Assembly: GCA_041662985.1 (NCBI GenBank)
Contig: JBAZRJ010000004.1
Coordinates: 2,389 to 66,388 of the forward strand
Source of the DNA: Clostridia bacterium
GTDB taxonomy: Bacteria > Bacillota > Clostridia > Acetivibrionales > JBAZRJ01
Length of the DNA stretch: 64,000 bases
Direction: 5' to 3'
A program made the translations under genes and the position numbers. The notes beneath the pieces were generated by a model, which had not been told where the DNA came from, ran no database searches, and worked only from the letters and a program-made list of their open reading frames with translations. Shown one piece after another: positions 1 through 10,333 of the stretch. The stretch's first letter is position 1, and every line of letters begins with the position of its first letter.

Positions 1-117
1 GGCACCCCTAGCTCTTATTAAGCTTTTTGTTTACTTCTTTCACATTATATTATATACCTTTTACTATGTAAAGTACTTTTTCTATAGCAGTTCTTTAGCA
101 GTTCTTTTTCACTTTTT

Positions 118-2268
118 CTACAGCTTAACCGATTTTGCAAGTGAAAATTGTCCGTATAAAATATGCGGCTTAGCTAAATTTCTGATTGCGCGCATCTTGT
201 AATAGTAGGTCTTCCCGGTTTTTAATTCTTTATCGACAATATTCAATGCAGTTGTTTTTTTAACAAATTTGTATGTTCCATTTGCTGATGTCGCACGGTA
301 AACCTGATAGGATGAGGCATATTTGAAACTGCTCCAGCTTACCTTAATGCTTTTCGAAGATGCTTTCACCGCCTTAACCGACGATCTCGGAATGTACGGA
401 CTTGTTTTTTGTCCATTCCATACGCTTGTATATCCCATTTTTCCATAAACATAAAACATTTTGAAGTCTTTGACACAATCATAAAATGTCATATAGCTCG
501 CTTTCGGGGCATTCCCCAAAAAGTAAGCCCTGTTAAGCTTCTTACAGCCTTCAAAAGCAAACATATCAATTTCACTTACACTTTTAGATATGGTTACGGA
601 AGTCAGGTTTATACAGCCGGAAAACGCTTCATAACCTATGTTTGTTACAGTATTCGGAATGATATAAGAACTGCCTTTTTTTGATATCGGGTAAATAATC
701 AGGTGTTTTTTGTCTTTGCTGAACAGAACCCCGCTGATGCTTTTAAAATAGGTGCTTTCATGATCAACATTAAAGGCTGTTAAGGCATTGCACCATGCAA
801 ATGAAGAAGAATCAATTACTTTTACGCTTTTTGGCAAAGAAACAGACGTCAGTTTCCTGCATCCGCCAAAAGCACTGACACCAATAGATTTTAAACCATC
901 TGAAAGAGTTATCCCGGTGAGATTTTTACAGTCATAGAATGCACTGCCAATTATATTTAAAACACTTCCCGGAATTGTGACGTTTGTCAACCCATAGCAT
1001 CTATAAAAGGACGAATCTTCAATAACCACTACCGTGTCAGGAACAAAATATGCGCCTTGTTTTGCTGCCGGATATTGAATAAGCTTTTCTTTTGTTTTGT
1101 CAAATAAAACACCATCTGCATCGGAATAATATTTATTGTCAGCGTTTACGTTGATCGTCAGCAAAGCAGAGCAGGACATGAATGCATAATAGTCAATCCG
1201 CTTAATACTTTTCGGAATAGTAATTTCCGTTATTTTTATGCAGTTTGTAAATGCCTCATATCCTATGTTCGTTATACTTTCCGAAAATGTTATGCTTAAC
1301 AAACCGGTGCAATCTGAAAATGCACTATCCCCTATAATTTTAACCCCATCAGGAAAATTTATGCTGCTAAGCATAGTACAGTCTGCAAATGCAAGTTCTC
1401 TGATAGTCTCAACTGTATCCGGAATCGAAATATTTGCTAAAGAAACACACCGGGAAAACATGCCGGCAGCCAATTCCGTAATACTGTTTGGTAGGGTAAT
1501 ACTCTCCAGATTACTGCATCGGGCGAATGCATACTCATCAATTTTTGTCACACTGTCGGGAATTTGAATACTTTTGAGCTGATTTGAACCTTCAAATGCT
1601 GAAAATGAAATCGCGGTAACGCCATCAGGAAGGCTATATGATTCCAAAGTCTTTCCCTGAGGATACTTAATCAAATTTTTTCCGTCTTTGTCAAACAATA
1701 CACCATCTATACTTGAATACAGCGAACTGCCTGCAGCAACATTAATATTTGCAAGATTCGGGTTTGAATCAAAAGCATATAAGCCAATATTTACAACAGT
1801 ACTCGGTATCGTTATGGATGATAATGTGCACTCGCTAAACGCAAAAATACCAATATCGAATAAATTATCAGGCAATGTTACGGATGTCAACTTTCCACAG
1901 CCTTCAAAAGCAAAAGCACCTATGGTTGTCACACTATTGGGAATAGAAACGCTTGTCATATTTGCGCAGCCATTGAATGCATAATCGCCAATTGAAGTTA
2001 TCCCGTCAGGTATAACAACAGAAGTGATTTTCTCATCATACCCAAAGGCAAAATCTCCTATGCTCACAACAGGGTATCCTGCCAAGGTCCCGGGTATTAT
2101 TACAGCTCCGCCGGTACCTTTATATTCGGTAATAATAACTTCGGAATAAGAAACTTCATACACAAAATCTGTCGGTTTGCTTGCGGCCTGACACCGGACA
2201 TTGCTTAATGATATCGAAAAAAGAAGAACGAATGACACCAAAACAGATATGACTTTTCTCATTAGCAT
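118..2268 (-). CDS. BspA-type leucine-rich-repeat cell-surface protein with C-terminal Fn3-like domain
   Basis: Signal peptide (MRKVISVLVSFVLLFSISLS). About 20 tandem ~23-aa repeats of the form IPxSVTxIGxxAFxxCxxLtsI (LRR_5/BspA type). C-terminal ~90 aa is Fn3-like (SIKVSWSSFKYASSYQVYRATSANGTYKFV). Start placed at ATG 2268, next to GGAGG at 2273-2277. ORF-track start 2304 is also possible. Confidence 0.75.
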   Translation of the reverse strand: MLMRKVISVLVSFVLLFSISLSNVRCQAASKPTDFVYEVSYSEVIITEYKGTGGAVIIPGTLAGYPVVSIGDFAFGYDEKITSVVIPDGITSIGDYAFNGCANMTSVSIPNSVTTIGAFAFEGCGKLTSVTLPDNLFDIGIFAFSECTLSSITIPSTVVNIGLYAFDSNPNLANINVAAGSSLYSSIDGVLFDKDGKNLIKYPQGKTLESYSLPDGVTAISFSAFEGSNQLKSIQIPDSVTKIDEYAFARCSNLESITLPNSITELAAGMFSRCVSLANISIPDTVETIRELAFADCTMLSSINFPDGVKIIGDSAFSDCTGLLSITFSESITNIGYEAFTNCIKITEITIPKSIKRIDYYAFMSCSALLTINVNADNKYYSDADGVLFDKTKEKLIQYPAAKQGAYFVPDTVVVIEDSSFYRCYGLTNVTIPGSVLNIIGSAFYDCKNLTGITLSDGLKSIGVSAFGGCRKLTSVSLPKSVKVIDSSSFAWCNALTAFNVDHESTYFKSISGVLFSKDKKHLIIYPISKKGSSYIIPNTVTNIGYEAFSGCINLTSVTISKSVSEIDMFAFEGCKKLNRAYFLGNAPKASYMTFYDCVKDFKMFYVYGKMGYTSVWNGQKTSPYIPRSSVKAVKASSKSIKVSWSSFKYASSYQVYRATSANGTYKFVKKTTALNIVDKELKTGKTYYYKMRAIRNLAKPHILYGQFSLAKSVKL

Positions 2269-2395
2269 AATACCTCCAAAAATTTGTTTTAATAAAAAAG
2301 ACAAGGAAATAAGGAAAACTTTTCAATTAACTATAACATTTATTTTCTTATTAGTAAAATTTATTCTTTTAGCAATTAGACGAAAATTGCATCTT

Positions 2396-3787
2396 CTAAA
2401 AAACGTCAATTTCATCTCTTTTTTTCATGGCTTCACTTTTTTCATGGCCTAATTTAAGTTTTTTCATCTCATTTAAAATCCAGATTCCCGTAATTATCGT
2501 CGAGCAAAAATCCGCAACAGGTCCCGCAATGATAACGCCATGGAGTTTATAGAATATCGGGAGTATCAAAACAGCAGGAATAAGCAGCAGCAACTGTCTT
2601 GACAAGCTTAAAAAAGCAGCCTGTTTTGGCTTGCCGACAGCGGAAAAGTAAGCGGCGCTGACCAATTGCAGCGCAATTAAAGGCAAAAGTATAAGAAAAG
2701 TTCTTAATGCGTAGGTTGTGAACTCAATGAGTTCGGTTTCGTTTTTATTAATAAATAAAGTAACCAGCTGCCTCGGGAATACTTCAACAAGAATCAACCC
2801 AAGGAAGGCCAATAACGTTGAACCCAAAATTGCATATTTTAATGCCTGCTTCACACGGTCGTAATTTTTCGCTCCGTAGTTATATCCGATTATCGGCTGT
2901 GCGCCTTGATTTATTCCTATAAACGGCATTATAACAAGGGTTTGAATTGCTATTACTATTCCCATTCCCGATATTGCAAGATCGCCGCCGTAATTTACAA
3001 GACTTTTGTTTAAAATCACATTAACAAGACTCGATGCCATCTGCATTGCAAAAGGCGCGGAACCTATTGCTAAAATACCGATTACAATCCTTCTGTTTAA
3101 TTTAAGATTTTTTGCTCTGATTTTTAAAGTGCTTCTCTTAGAAAAGAAATACGCTAATATCCATATACCTGACGCTGCCTGCGCAATTACGGTTGCAATT
3201 GCGGAACCTTTTATCCCCATATGAAAGCCAAATATAAACACCGCGCACAGAACGGCATTCAACACCGCGCCGAAAAGCATTGTTATCATTGCAATTCTGG
3301 GGTTTCCCTCACCGCGGATAAAATTGTTCAATCCAAAACTAAATCCCTGGAACACAGCACCGGCAAGTATTATCTGCATATATTGGCGGGCATACGGAAG
3401 AACTTCTTTGCTCGCGCCGAATGCCTTCAGCATCGGATCAAGAAATAAAAGCCCAAAGAAAGTGATTACAGCGGATATTATAATGAACAAAGTAATTGCA
3501 TTTCCCATTATATGTTCCGCTTCTTTTTTGTTTCCCTCACCGAGTTTTATCGACAAGAGCGCGTTTGCTCCCAGTCCAATCAGCATCATGCACGCCATAA
3601 TAACAAGCATAATCGGAAAACCGATTGAAATGCCGGCTATAGCAAGCGGGCCAACACCCTGCCCGACAAAAATTCTGTCAACGACATTGTACAAACCGTT
3701 TACAAGCATTGCCACAATTGCGGGAATAGAAAATTTGATTATAAGACTTGAAACTTTTGATTCACCTAGCTGTTTTGAGTGGTCCAT
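2396..3787 (-). CDS. MATE family efflux transporter
   Basis: Multi-TM protein with a MATE N-terminal signature (FSIPAIVAMLVNGLYNVVDRIFVGQGVG). Start moved to ATG 3787 (AAGGGG 5 nt upstream). ORF-track start is 3838. Confidence 0.85.
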   Translation of the reverse strand: MDHSKQLGESKVSSLIIKFSIPAIVAMLVNGLYNVVDRIFVGQGVGPLAIAGISIGFPIMLVIMACMMLIGLGANALLSIKLGEGNKKEAEHIMGNAITLFIIISAVITFFGLLFLDPMLKAFGASKEVLPYARQYMQIILAGAVFQGFSFGLNNFIRGEGNPRIAMITMLFGAVLNAVLCAVFIFGFHMGIKGSAIATVIAQAASGIWILAYFFSKRSTLKIRAKNLKLNRRIVIGILAIGSAPFAMQMASSLVNVILNKSLVNYGGDLAISGMGIVIAIQTLVIMPFIGINQGAQPIIGYNYGAKNYDRVKQALKYAILGSTLLAFLGLILVEVFPRQLVTLFINKNETELIEFTTYALRTFLILLPLIALQLVSAAYFSAVGKPKQAAFLSLSRQLLLLIPAVLILPIFYKLHGVIIAGPVADFCSTIITGIWILNEMKKLKLGHEKSEAMKKRDEIDVF

Positions 3788-4280
3788 TTTTGCCCCTTGC
3801 TTTGAAATTACTAATGAGCCAAATAACTCCGATTCCAACTATACTTCCTGCGGTATCCATTGTCAAATCAGATAACTGAAATGCCCTGCCCGGTATAAAT
3901 ATCTGATGGATTTCATCAGACAAAGCATAGACTATGCATATGGCAATTGAAATTAAAGCAACTTTATATTTCTTCAGGAATTCTTTGCTTCGACGGACTG
4001 CATTAAATACAAGCAATCCGAGCACTAAAAAAACAACTCCGTGCATGTATTCGCGTGCAATGGAGTTTATTTGGTCAATAATATTCAATTTTTCTGTTTC
4101 GCTTATCCCGGGATTTATTACATTTGCAGCAATATCAACACCCTGCTTTATGATACCTTTACTCTCACCGTTTGAAACATAAGCCTGTTGATTCGACAGG
4201 TAAAAGATAAGAAGCATGCAAAGGATGACTGCAAACCAGGAGATGGTGAGTTTAATTTTCATGTGTTTCATGTTCTGCAT
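3762..4280 (-). CDS. VanZ family membrane protein
   Basis: Four predicted TM segments and a VanZ-like motif (YALSDEIHQIFIPGRAFQLSDLTMDTAGSIVG). Confidence 0.75.
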   Translation of the reverse strand: MQNMKHMKIKLTISWFAVILCMLLIFYLSNQQAYVSNGESKGIIKQGVDIAANVINPGISETEKLNIIDQINSIAREYMHGVVFLVLGLLVFNAVRRSKEFLKKYKVALISIAICIVYALSDEIHQIFIPGRAFQLSDLTMDTAGSIVGIGVIWLISNFKARGKNGPLKTAR

Positions 4281-4303
4281 ATTTAAAAGTCCTTAAACCA
4301 TTA

Positions 4304-5428
4304 TTATTTTTTCCATACAACTTTATCCACTATACCGGTATAACTCTGTATAATTTTAACCACTTTTGTACTGACATTCTCATCAAGATAGTCAGGTACA
4401 TCTACACCTATATCACCGCTTTTATTCATTTCAACAGCCATATCTACGGCTTGCAGAACTTGTTTTGTCGTTATTCCTCCAATGATAAGATTGCCCTTAT
4501 CAATTGCCTCAGGTCTTTCTGTGCTTGTTCTTATGCAAACAGCAGGCAATTTGAAATACGATGCTTCTTCAGGCAATGTACCACTGTCAGATACTACACA
4601 AAAAGCATTAAGCTGAAGACTGTTATAGTCCGAAAAATTAAATGGTTCTAGGCTTCGAACATTTTGGTGCAGTTTAAATTTTCTTTGCTTGATTAATTTC
4701 GCACTTCTCGGATGAGTGCTGTAAATCACCGGCATACTATATTTTTCAGCCAAAGCATTAATAGAATTCATAAGTTCCATAAAGTTTTCATCATCATCTA
4801 TGTTTTCCTCGCGATGTGCAGAAAGCAAAATATATTTAGCGCTTTCAATTCCCAAAGTCTTAAGAATAATACTGCTCTTGATTTTTTTACTGTTAGCTTT
4901 CAGGACTTCTGTCATTGGAGACCCGGTAACATAGGTACGCTCTTTATTAACACCTTCAAAATTCAAATACCTTCTTGCATGCTCACTGTAGCAAAGATTC
5001 ACGTCTGCTATATGGTCAACAATTCTGCGATTTGTTTCTTCAGGCAAATTTTCATCGAAGCATCTGTTCCCTGCCTCCATATGAAATATAGGCACTTTCA
5101 ACCTTTTTGCGGATATTGCTGAGAGTGCAGAATTTGTATCACCCAGAATTAAAAGTGCATCGGGTTTAATTTCCGAAATAAGTTTATAGCTTTTAGAAAT
5201 AATATTTCCAATCGTTTCTCCTAAATCCTCGCCGACACTTTCAAGGTAGTAATCCGGTTTTCTCAACCCTAAGTCTTCAAAAAAGATTTGATTAAGTGTG
5301 TAGTCATAGTTTTGACCTGTATGAACAAGAATATGTTCAAAATATTTATCGCATTTTTTGACAACTTCGGAAAGGCGTATAATCTCAGGTCTTGTTCCAA
5401 GTATAGTCATTAGTTTTAGTTTTTTCAT
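4304..5428 (-). CDS. fnlC: UDP-N-acetylglucosamine 2-epimerase (non-hydrolysing), FnlC/CapG/WbjD type
   Basis: Motifs MTILGTRPEIIRLS and HMEAGNRCFD. Third gene of an fnlA-fnlB-fnlC triad. Start moved to ATG 5428 (GGAGG 6 nt upstream). ORF-track start is 5479. Confidence 0.8.
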   Translation of the reverse strand: MKKLKLMTILGTRPEIIRLSEVVKKCDKYFEHILVHTGQNYDYTLNQIFFEDLGLRKPDYYLESVGEDLGETIGNIISKSYKLISEIKPDALLILGDTNSALSAISAKRLKVPIFHMEAGNRCFDENLPEETNRRIVDHIADVNLCYSEHARRYLNFEGVNKERTYVTGSPMTEVLKANSKKIKSSIILKTLGIESAKYILLSAHREENIDDDENFMELMNSINALAEKYSMPVIYSTHPRSAKLIKQRKFKLHQNVRSLEPFNFSDYNSLQLNAFCVVSDSGTLPEEASYFKLPAVCIRTSTERPEAIDKGNLIIGGITTKQVLQAVDMAVEMNKSGDIGVDVPDYLDENVSTKVVKIIQSYTGIVDKVVWKK

Positions 5429-5429
5429 A

Positions 5430-6539
5430 TTATACCTCCAATTGATAAGTGTCCGGTTTATCAGGATTATACTGCTCATTTGCCCACATTATTGTAATCA
5501 TATCAGTATCACCGACGTTTGTTATATTATGCGTATATCCAACCGGTATATCAAGAATTTCAAGATTGTCACCATCTACATTATATTCTAAAATCTCGTC
5601 AGAACCAACTCTCCGAAATCGGATTACTCCTTTACCACTCACAACCAAAAACTTTTCGCATTTAGTATTGTGCCAATGATTTCCTTTCGTGACACCCGGT
5701 TTTGATACATTGACCGACACCTGGCCTCTGTCAGGCGTCTTGATGAATTCAGTAAATGACCCTCTATCATCCTTATTCGTTTTCAGCGGATAATTGAACT
5801 GATTCTTTGGAAGATAACTTAAATATGTACTGTATAATTTTTTTGTGAATTCATCAGATAAATCAGGTATTAAGAGATCCTTCCGACTGTTTTTGAAGGA
5901 ATAAATCAAGTCAACTATTTCACCAAGCTTAATTGAATATCCAATGGGAGCAGAGTAAAAATCACCGATTTTATTTGCTTTTCCGTTAAGTGCATTTAAA
6001 AGTTCTTCAACAACATCATCAATATATACGAGGTTTATTGAGGCATTTCTATCATTGACCTGAATCGGTAAATCATTAGCAATGTTATTGCAGAATGTTG
6101 CAACAGCACTGTTATAATTAGGTTTGCACCATTTTCCAAATATATTTTGGAAACGGTAAATAAGCACCTTTGCATCTGTTTCTTTAGCGTATTGAAATAG
6201 TAAATCTTCTCCTGCTTTTTTGCTTAATCCATAAGGATTATCAAAAACTGCCTGCGTAGATGATGAAAGCATTATAGGGCACGTATTATTATATTTTTTT
6301 AATGTTTCCAGCAAAGTTGAAGTAAATCCAAAGTTGCCTTCCATAAATTCCGTCTGCTCTTTTGGACGATTCACACCGGCAAGGTGAAAGACAAAATCAG
6401 CTTCCTTGCAATAAATTTCAAGAAGTTCTTTTTTCGTATCAAGGTCATATTCGAATATGTCAGTATACTTGCGGTTGCGAAGCTCATTTATAAGATTTTT
6501 ACCTACAAATCCCTTAGCACCTGTTACAAGTATTTTCAT
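5430..6539 (-). CDS. fnlB: FnlB/CapF/WbjC-type reductase (SDR N-domain plus cupin C-domain) of UDP-L-FucNAc synthesis
   Basis: Rossmann N-terminus (MKILVTGAKGFVGKNL) plus a C-terminal cupin-like domain (GQVSVNVSKPGVTKGNHWHNTKCEKFLVVSG), which is the CapF two-domain layout. ATG 6539 overlaps the fnlA stop (TAATG). Confidence 0.8.
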   Translation of the reverse strand: MKILVTGAKGFVGKNLINELRNRKYTDIFEYDLDTKKELLEIYCKEADFVFHLAGVNRPKEQTEFMEGNFGFTSTLLETLKKYNNTCPIMLSSSTQAVFDNPYGLSKKAGEDLLFQYAKETDAKVLIYRFQNIFGKWCKPNYNSAVATFCNNIANDLPIQVNDRNASINLVYIDDVVEELLNALNGKANKIGDFYSAPIGYSIKLGEIVDLIYSFKNSRKDLLIPDLSDEFTKKLYSTYLSYLPKNQFNYPLKTNKDDRGSFTEFIKTPDRGQVSVNVSKPGVTKGNHWHNTKCEKFLVVSGKGVIRFRRVGSDEILEYNVDGDNLEILDIPVGYTHNITNVGDTDMITIMWANEQYNPDKPDTYQLEV

Positions 6540-7558
6540 TATTTCTTCCAACCTTTCAGTTCATTTTGAACATATTCAAGCGCAAGAAGTTTTTCTTTTA
6601 TTTGTTCAACATTAAGTCTTGTTGTATTATTTGAATTATATTCTTCTTCAGATGATAATTTTTTATCACCCTCTATGAAATACTTGTCATAATTTAAATC
6701 TCTCTTATCTGCAGGTATTCTATAAAATCCGCCCAAATCCAAAGCAGCTGCGTGTTCTTCTCTTGTGAGCAAAGTTTCATGCAGTTTTTCTCCATGACGA
6801 GTCCCTATTACTTTTATTTCATTATCCGCATCAAATATTTCTTTAACAGCCTGCGCCAAATCACCAATCGTTGAGGCCGGTGATTTTTGCACCATGATAT
6901 CTCCTGTCTTAGCATTTTCAAAAGCAAATATTACAAGCTCTACAGCTTCTTCAAGACTCATTAAAAATCTTGTCATGTTTGGGTCGGTTACCGTTATATG
7001 ATGTCCGGTTTTTATTTGCTCAATAAATAGCGGAATAACAGAACCTCGAGATGCCATTACATTTCCATATCGTGTTCCACAAATTAAAGTTTTGTCAGGA
7101 CTTACTGCCTTTGATTTGGCAATAAACACTTTTTCCATCATTGCTTTGGATATTCCCATTGCATTAATTGGATATGCCGCTTTGTCAGTAGACAGACAAA
7201 TCACTTTTTTGACTCCGGTTTCAATTGCAGCTGTCAACACATTATTAGTTCCAAGTATATTTGTTTTAACTGCTTCAATCGGAAAAAATTCACAAGACGG
7301 AACTTGTTTCAATGCAGCGGCATGGAAAATAAAATCAACCCCATGCATAGCATTCTTGATGGAACGTATATCTCTTACATCACCGATATAGAATTTGATT
7401 TTATCATTGTTATAATGCTTCCTCATATCGTCTTGCTTTTTTTCATCACGCGAGAAGATTCGAATCTCAGCGATGTCGGTGGTTAAAAAACGTTTTAACA
7501 CGGCGTTTCCAAAAGAACCGGTTCCACCGGTGATAAGTAGAATTTTATTTTTGAACAT
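6539..7558 (-). CDS. fnlA: UDP-N-acetylglucosamine 4,6-dehydratase/5-epimerase, FnlA/CapE/WbjB type
   Basis: MFKNKILLITGGTGSFGNAVLKRFL, ICLSTDKAAYPINAMGISKAMMEKV and GTRYGNVMASRGSVIPLF are nearly colinear with S. aureus CapE as I recall it. Followed by fnlB and fnlC. Confidence 0.9.
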   Translation of the reverse strand: MFKNKILLITGGTGSFGNAVLKRFLTTDIAEIRIFSRDEKKQDDMRKHYNNDKIKFYIGDVRDIRSIKNAMHGVDFIFHAAALKQVPSCEFFPIEAVKTNILGTNNVLTAAIETGVKKVICLSTDKAAYPINAMGISKAMMEKVFIAKSKAVSPDKTLICGTRYGNVMASRGSVIPLFIEQIKTGHHITVTDPNMTRFLMSLEEAVELVIFAFENAKTGDIMVQKSPASTIGDLAQAVKEIFDADNEIKVIGTRHGEKLHETLLTREEHAAALDLGGFYRIPADKRDLNYDKYFIEGDKKLSSEEEYNSNNTTRLNVEQIKEKLLALEYVQNELKGWKK

Positions 7559-7629
7559 GATTTTTCTCCTCGTATAATTAGTTTATCTTTTATTACTTTT
7601 CTATCAATGTGGTAATATCAAATTGCAAC

Positions 7630-8658
7630 TTAATATAAATCTACTATAGCTTTTACAATGCGAACTACACCATTTCCATCAACTTTTTTTCGCATGTTTA
7701 TAGATTTTTCTTTTCTATCTTCAGGGTTTTTTATATATTCTTCAATATAAGCAATCAGATTAGCAATACATTTCACTTCATTACTCCTCGCATCACCTGC
7801 ATACGCAATGAGTCCATCCTTTGCAAAACCTTTTACTCCCAATATTTGATTATCTGCAAATGAGAAGCTTATCGCAGGAATACCACATGCGCATAATTCA
7901 TACATTGTTGAACCACCTGCAGTAATTGCAATATCGCAACTCGTAATCAACTTAGACATGTCTCCAATATTTTGGTACAAAATTACTGAATTAATTCTTC
8001 CAGATAATTTTTTTAAGGATATTATATTTTTATTAAAACTTCCCACAACAACATGAAATTCGATGTCCTTAAATAATCTCATCGCTATAATCCTTTTTAA
8101 AAGCTTTCCTGTTATATTATATTGATCAATTCCACCGGTGGTAATTAAAATTCTTTTAACTATTTCTTTAAATTGATAATTAATCGTTCTAAATTCTTCT
8201 CTCAATGGTGTATAATCACATCCAAGCAACAATTTTGTAGTGGTTTCACCATAAATCTTTTTGTAAGAAAAAATCTCATAATAATTGTTGTAATTTATAA
8301 CCATTGATGCAGGATAACGAAAAAAGTTCATGTCATCTATATAAATTACTTTTGTGTAATTCATCAGTTGCTGTAAGTATTGTTCTGTTACATAATAGCT
8401 ATCTACTATTAATTTATTTATTTTGTAGACGCGTATTATGTTTACTAATTGATTGGTTTCAATTTCTAAGTTATCCCACTGTGAATAAAGACATACTCCT
8501 TTAAAACCATATAAGTTTAGTGTTTGTTTAGCGTTTTCATCTGCAGTAATAAACAAACAATCTAATCCAATATTTTTCAGACCTGAAGCGATTGCTAAAC
8601 ATCGCATAACATGTCCGGTAGCTATTTTTTCATTCATATCAACTCTTATTCCAATCAT
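7630..8658 (-). CDS. pseG: UDP-2,4-diacetamido-2,4,6-trideoxy-beta-L-altropyranose hydrolase (PseG/SpsG type)
   Basis: N-terminus MIGIRVDMNEKIATGHVMRCLAIASGL and C-terminal GGSTMYELCACGIPAI, typical of PseG-family GT-B hydrolases. Embedded in the pse gene set. Confidence 0.8.
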   Translation of the reverse strand: MIGIRVDMNEKIATGHVMRCLAIASGLKNIGLDCLFITADENAKQTLNLYGFKGVCLYSQWDNLEIETNQLVNIIRVYKINKLIVDSYYVTEQYLQQLMNYTKVIYIDDMNFFRYPASMVINYNNYYEIFSYKKIYGETTTKLLLGCDYTPLREEFRTINYQFKEIVKRILITTGGIDQYNITGKLLKRIIAMRLFKDIEFHVVVGSFNKNIISLKKLSGRINSVILYQNIGDMSKLITSCDIAITAGGSTMYELCACGIPAISFSFADNQILGVKGFAKDGLIAYAGDARSNEVKCIANLIAYIEEYIKNPEDRKEKSINMRKKVDGNGVVRIVKAIVDLY

Positions 8659-8768
8659 AATATTATCCGCTCAATTCTTATAACAATGTTTAATGCTATT
8701 ACAGGTTTTAAATAATATTTGCTTTTTTATTGCTAAGCTTATTTACTCGGAAAAATTTTATATTCACG

Positions 8769-9248
8769 TTAAATGTCGCTTAATAGGTTTACTCTTTTAA
8801 AATATTTAAAATATTCGTTCTCGTCATTCATTAATTTTTTATCATATCCACACTTTTCAAATACTTTTTGTGAAGCGATATTGCTTAATTTTACGCTACC
8901 TGTTAAAAATGTAACATTTGGGTGAGAGGATATCAACTCAACCTCTGTCAGATTTATCATAGCTTCTCCAACGCCCTTATTTCTATGCTCTTTGGCAATA
9001 CTATAACTGATATTTGCTGTTTCGTCACTGTACTCCAACCTAATTTGACCAACTGGTTCAACATTAAGATAACATATATAAATGTCCACATTCTCATTTT
9101 GAATACAGTTTCTAAACCAACGTATATGCTCACTGTATTCAATATCATTTTGATTAAATGAGTTCACCCTAACATCACCATCATTTGACCACTCAAACAA
9201 TAAATCAATATCTTTACAATCTACTTTTTTCAAATATACCTTTTCCAT
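8769..9248 (-). CDS. pseH: GNAT N-acetyltransferase, PseH-like
   Basis: GNAT core (QIRLEY...AKEHRNKGVGEAMI). Lies between pseI and pseG. Start moved to ATG 9248 (GGAGGG upstream). ORF-track start 9269 is a GTG inside the pseI 3' end. Confidence 0.65.
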   Translation of the reverse strand: MEKVYLKKVDCKDIDLLFEWSNDGDVRVNSFNQNDIEYSEHIRWFRNCIQNENVDIYICYLNVEPVGQIRLEYSDETANISYSIAKEHRNKGVGEAMINLTEVELISSHPNVTFLTGSVKLSNIASQKVFEKCGYDKKLMNDENEYFKYFKRVNLLSDI

Positions 9249-9261
9249 GTTCCCTCCATTG

Positions 9262-10314
9262 CTAGTCACTTTTCACCAAATTAAACTGAATAGGGGTTCC
9301 TCTCTTAATATCCCTAGAAGCAATTTTGTTGAGCAATTCTTTATAATGTTTAGGTCTTAGACCATATCCAGGACGAATACTCTTAATGTTACCTTCTGTA
9401 AAATATTCACCCTTTTTGATATCCCTAACAGCAAAAATGGAACGTCTATACTTGACATTTTCTTTTTCATTTTCTGAAACATCATAACTGACTACACCTT
9501 TAATCTTTTCAATCATCCTAATATCATTAACCATCACCTCAAAATCATTTGGTTCCATAGAAAATGACGAATCAGGATTATCAATTTCTTTATTTAAGCA
9601 AAAATGTTTTTCAATAATACACGCGCCCATTGCTACTGCAGTGGTTGCACCCATTGAACCCATTGAATGATCAGATAAACCAACCGGAACATTAAACGAT
9701 TCACTCATATGTTGCATCGTTTTTAAGTTCATATCATCAGGTATCGCTGGATATGAACTGGTGCACTTAAGTAAAGCAATTGCTTCGTTACCCTGACCTC
9801 TTACAGCACTAACAGCTTCTTCTATATCCTCGTAACTCCCCAATCCCGTTGACATAATGATAGGTTTCCCTTTTGAGGCAACGTATTCAATAAGAGGTAT
9901 ATCTATCAGTTCAAATGACGCAATTTTATAAAACCCTATGTTAATACTATCTAAAAAATCAACAGCTGATTTGTCAAACGGTGTTGAGAAAAAATCTAAG
10001 CCAACATTATCTGCCTCCGTTTTTAACTCAACATGCCATTCCCAAGGAGTATAAGCTTTTCCATATAGGCTATAAAGGGTCTCTCCTTTCCAAATTCCAT
10101 TCCTTATAGTAAAATATTCATTGTTGCAATCAATGGTCAAAGTATCCGGAGTATATGTTTGAATTTTGATGCAGTCTGCACCACATTCTTTCGCTTTGCG
10201 AATAATCTGTTTGGCATTTTCAATACTACCAGCATGATTTGCTGACATCTCAGCAATTATGTAAGCAGGATATCCTTCGCCTATTATTTTTCCATTGATG
10301 TTTAATGTTTTCAT
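9262..10314 (-). CDS. pseI: Pseudaminic acid synthase (NeuB family, C-terminal SAF domain)
   Basis: NeuB motifs (IIAEMSANHAGS, GLSDHS) and a C-terminal SAF-like segment (RRSIFAVRDIKKGEYFTEGNIKSIRPGYGL). Pse rather than Neu/Leg is inferred from the PseG, PseH and PseC neighbours. Confidence 0.8.
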   Translation of the reverse strand: MKTLNINGKIIGEGYPAYIIAEMSANHAGSIENAKQIIRKAKECGADCIKIQTYTPDTLTIDCNNEYFTIRNGIWKGETLYSLYGKAYTPWEWHVELKTEADNVGLDFFSTPFDKSAVDFLDSINIGFYKIASFELIDIPLIEYVASKGKPIIMSTGLGSYEDIEEAVSAVRGQGNEAIALLKCTSSYPAIPDDMNLKTMQHMSESFNVPVGLSDHSMGSMGATTAVAMGACIIEKHFCLNKEIDNPDSSFSMEPNDFEVMVNDIRMIEKIKGVVSYDVSENEKENVKYRRSIFAVRDIKKGEYFTEGNIKSIRPGYGLRPKHYKELLNKIASRDIKRGTPIQFNLVKSD

Positions 10315-10333
10315 TATCTAATGTTCTCCTTTC

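Noticed and set aside
87-108. Tandem 11-bp duplication GCAGTTCTTTA/GCAGTTCTTTT downstream of the LRR gene
   Set aside because: There are only two copies, with no hairpin potential or flanking signal. It is most simply a slippage duplication in a 3' untranslated region.
2396-3787. The MATE protein as a second flippase for the ABC-type glycan operon
   Set aside because: Its N-terminal signature is the drug/sodium antiporter MATE type rather than the PST/Wzx type. The operon already has a Wzm/Wzt exporter. The adjacency to VanZ and fnlC is noted but is insufficient evidence.
6539-7558. Annotating this gene as the missing PseB rather than FnlA
   Set aside because: By recall the sequence is almost colinear with CapE/WbjB (FnlA), and fnlB (SDR plus cupin) and fnlC (2-epimerase) follow immediately. 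I keep the FnlA call and treat a dual role in Pse synthesis as a hypothesis only.
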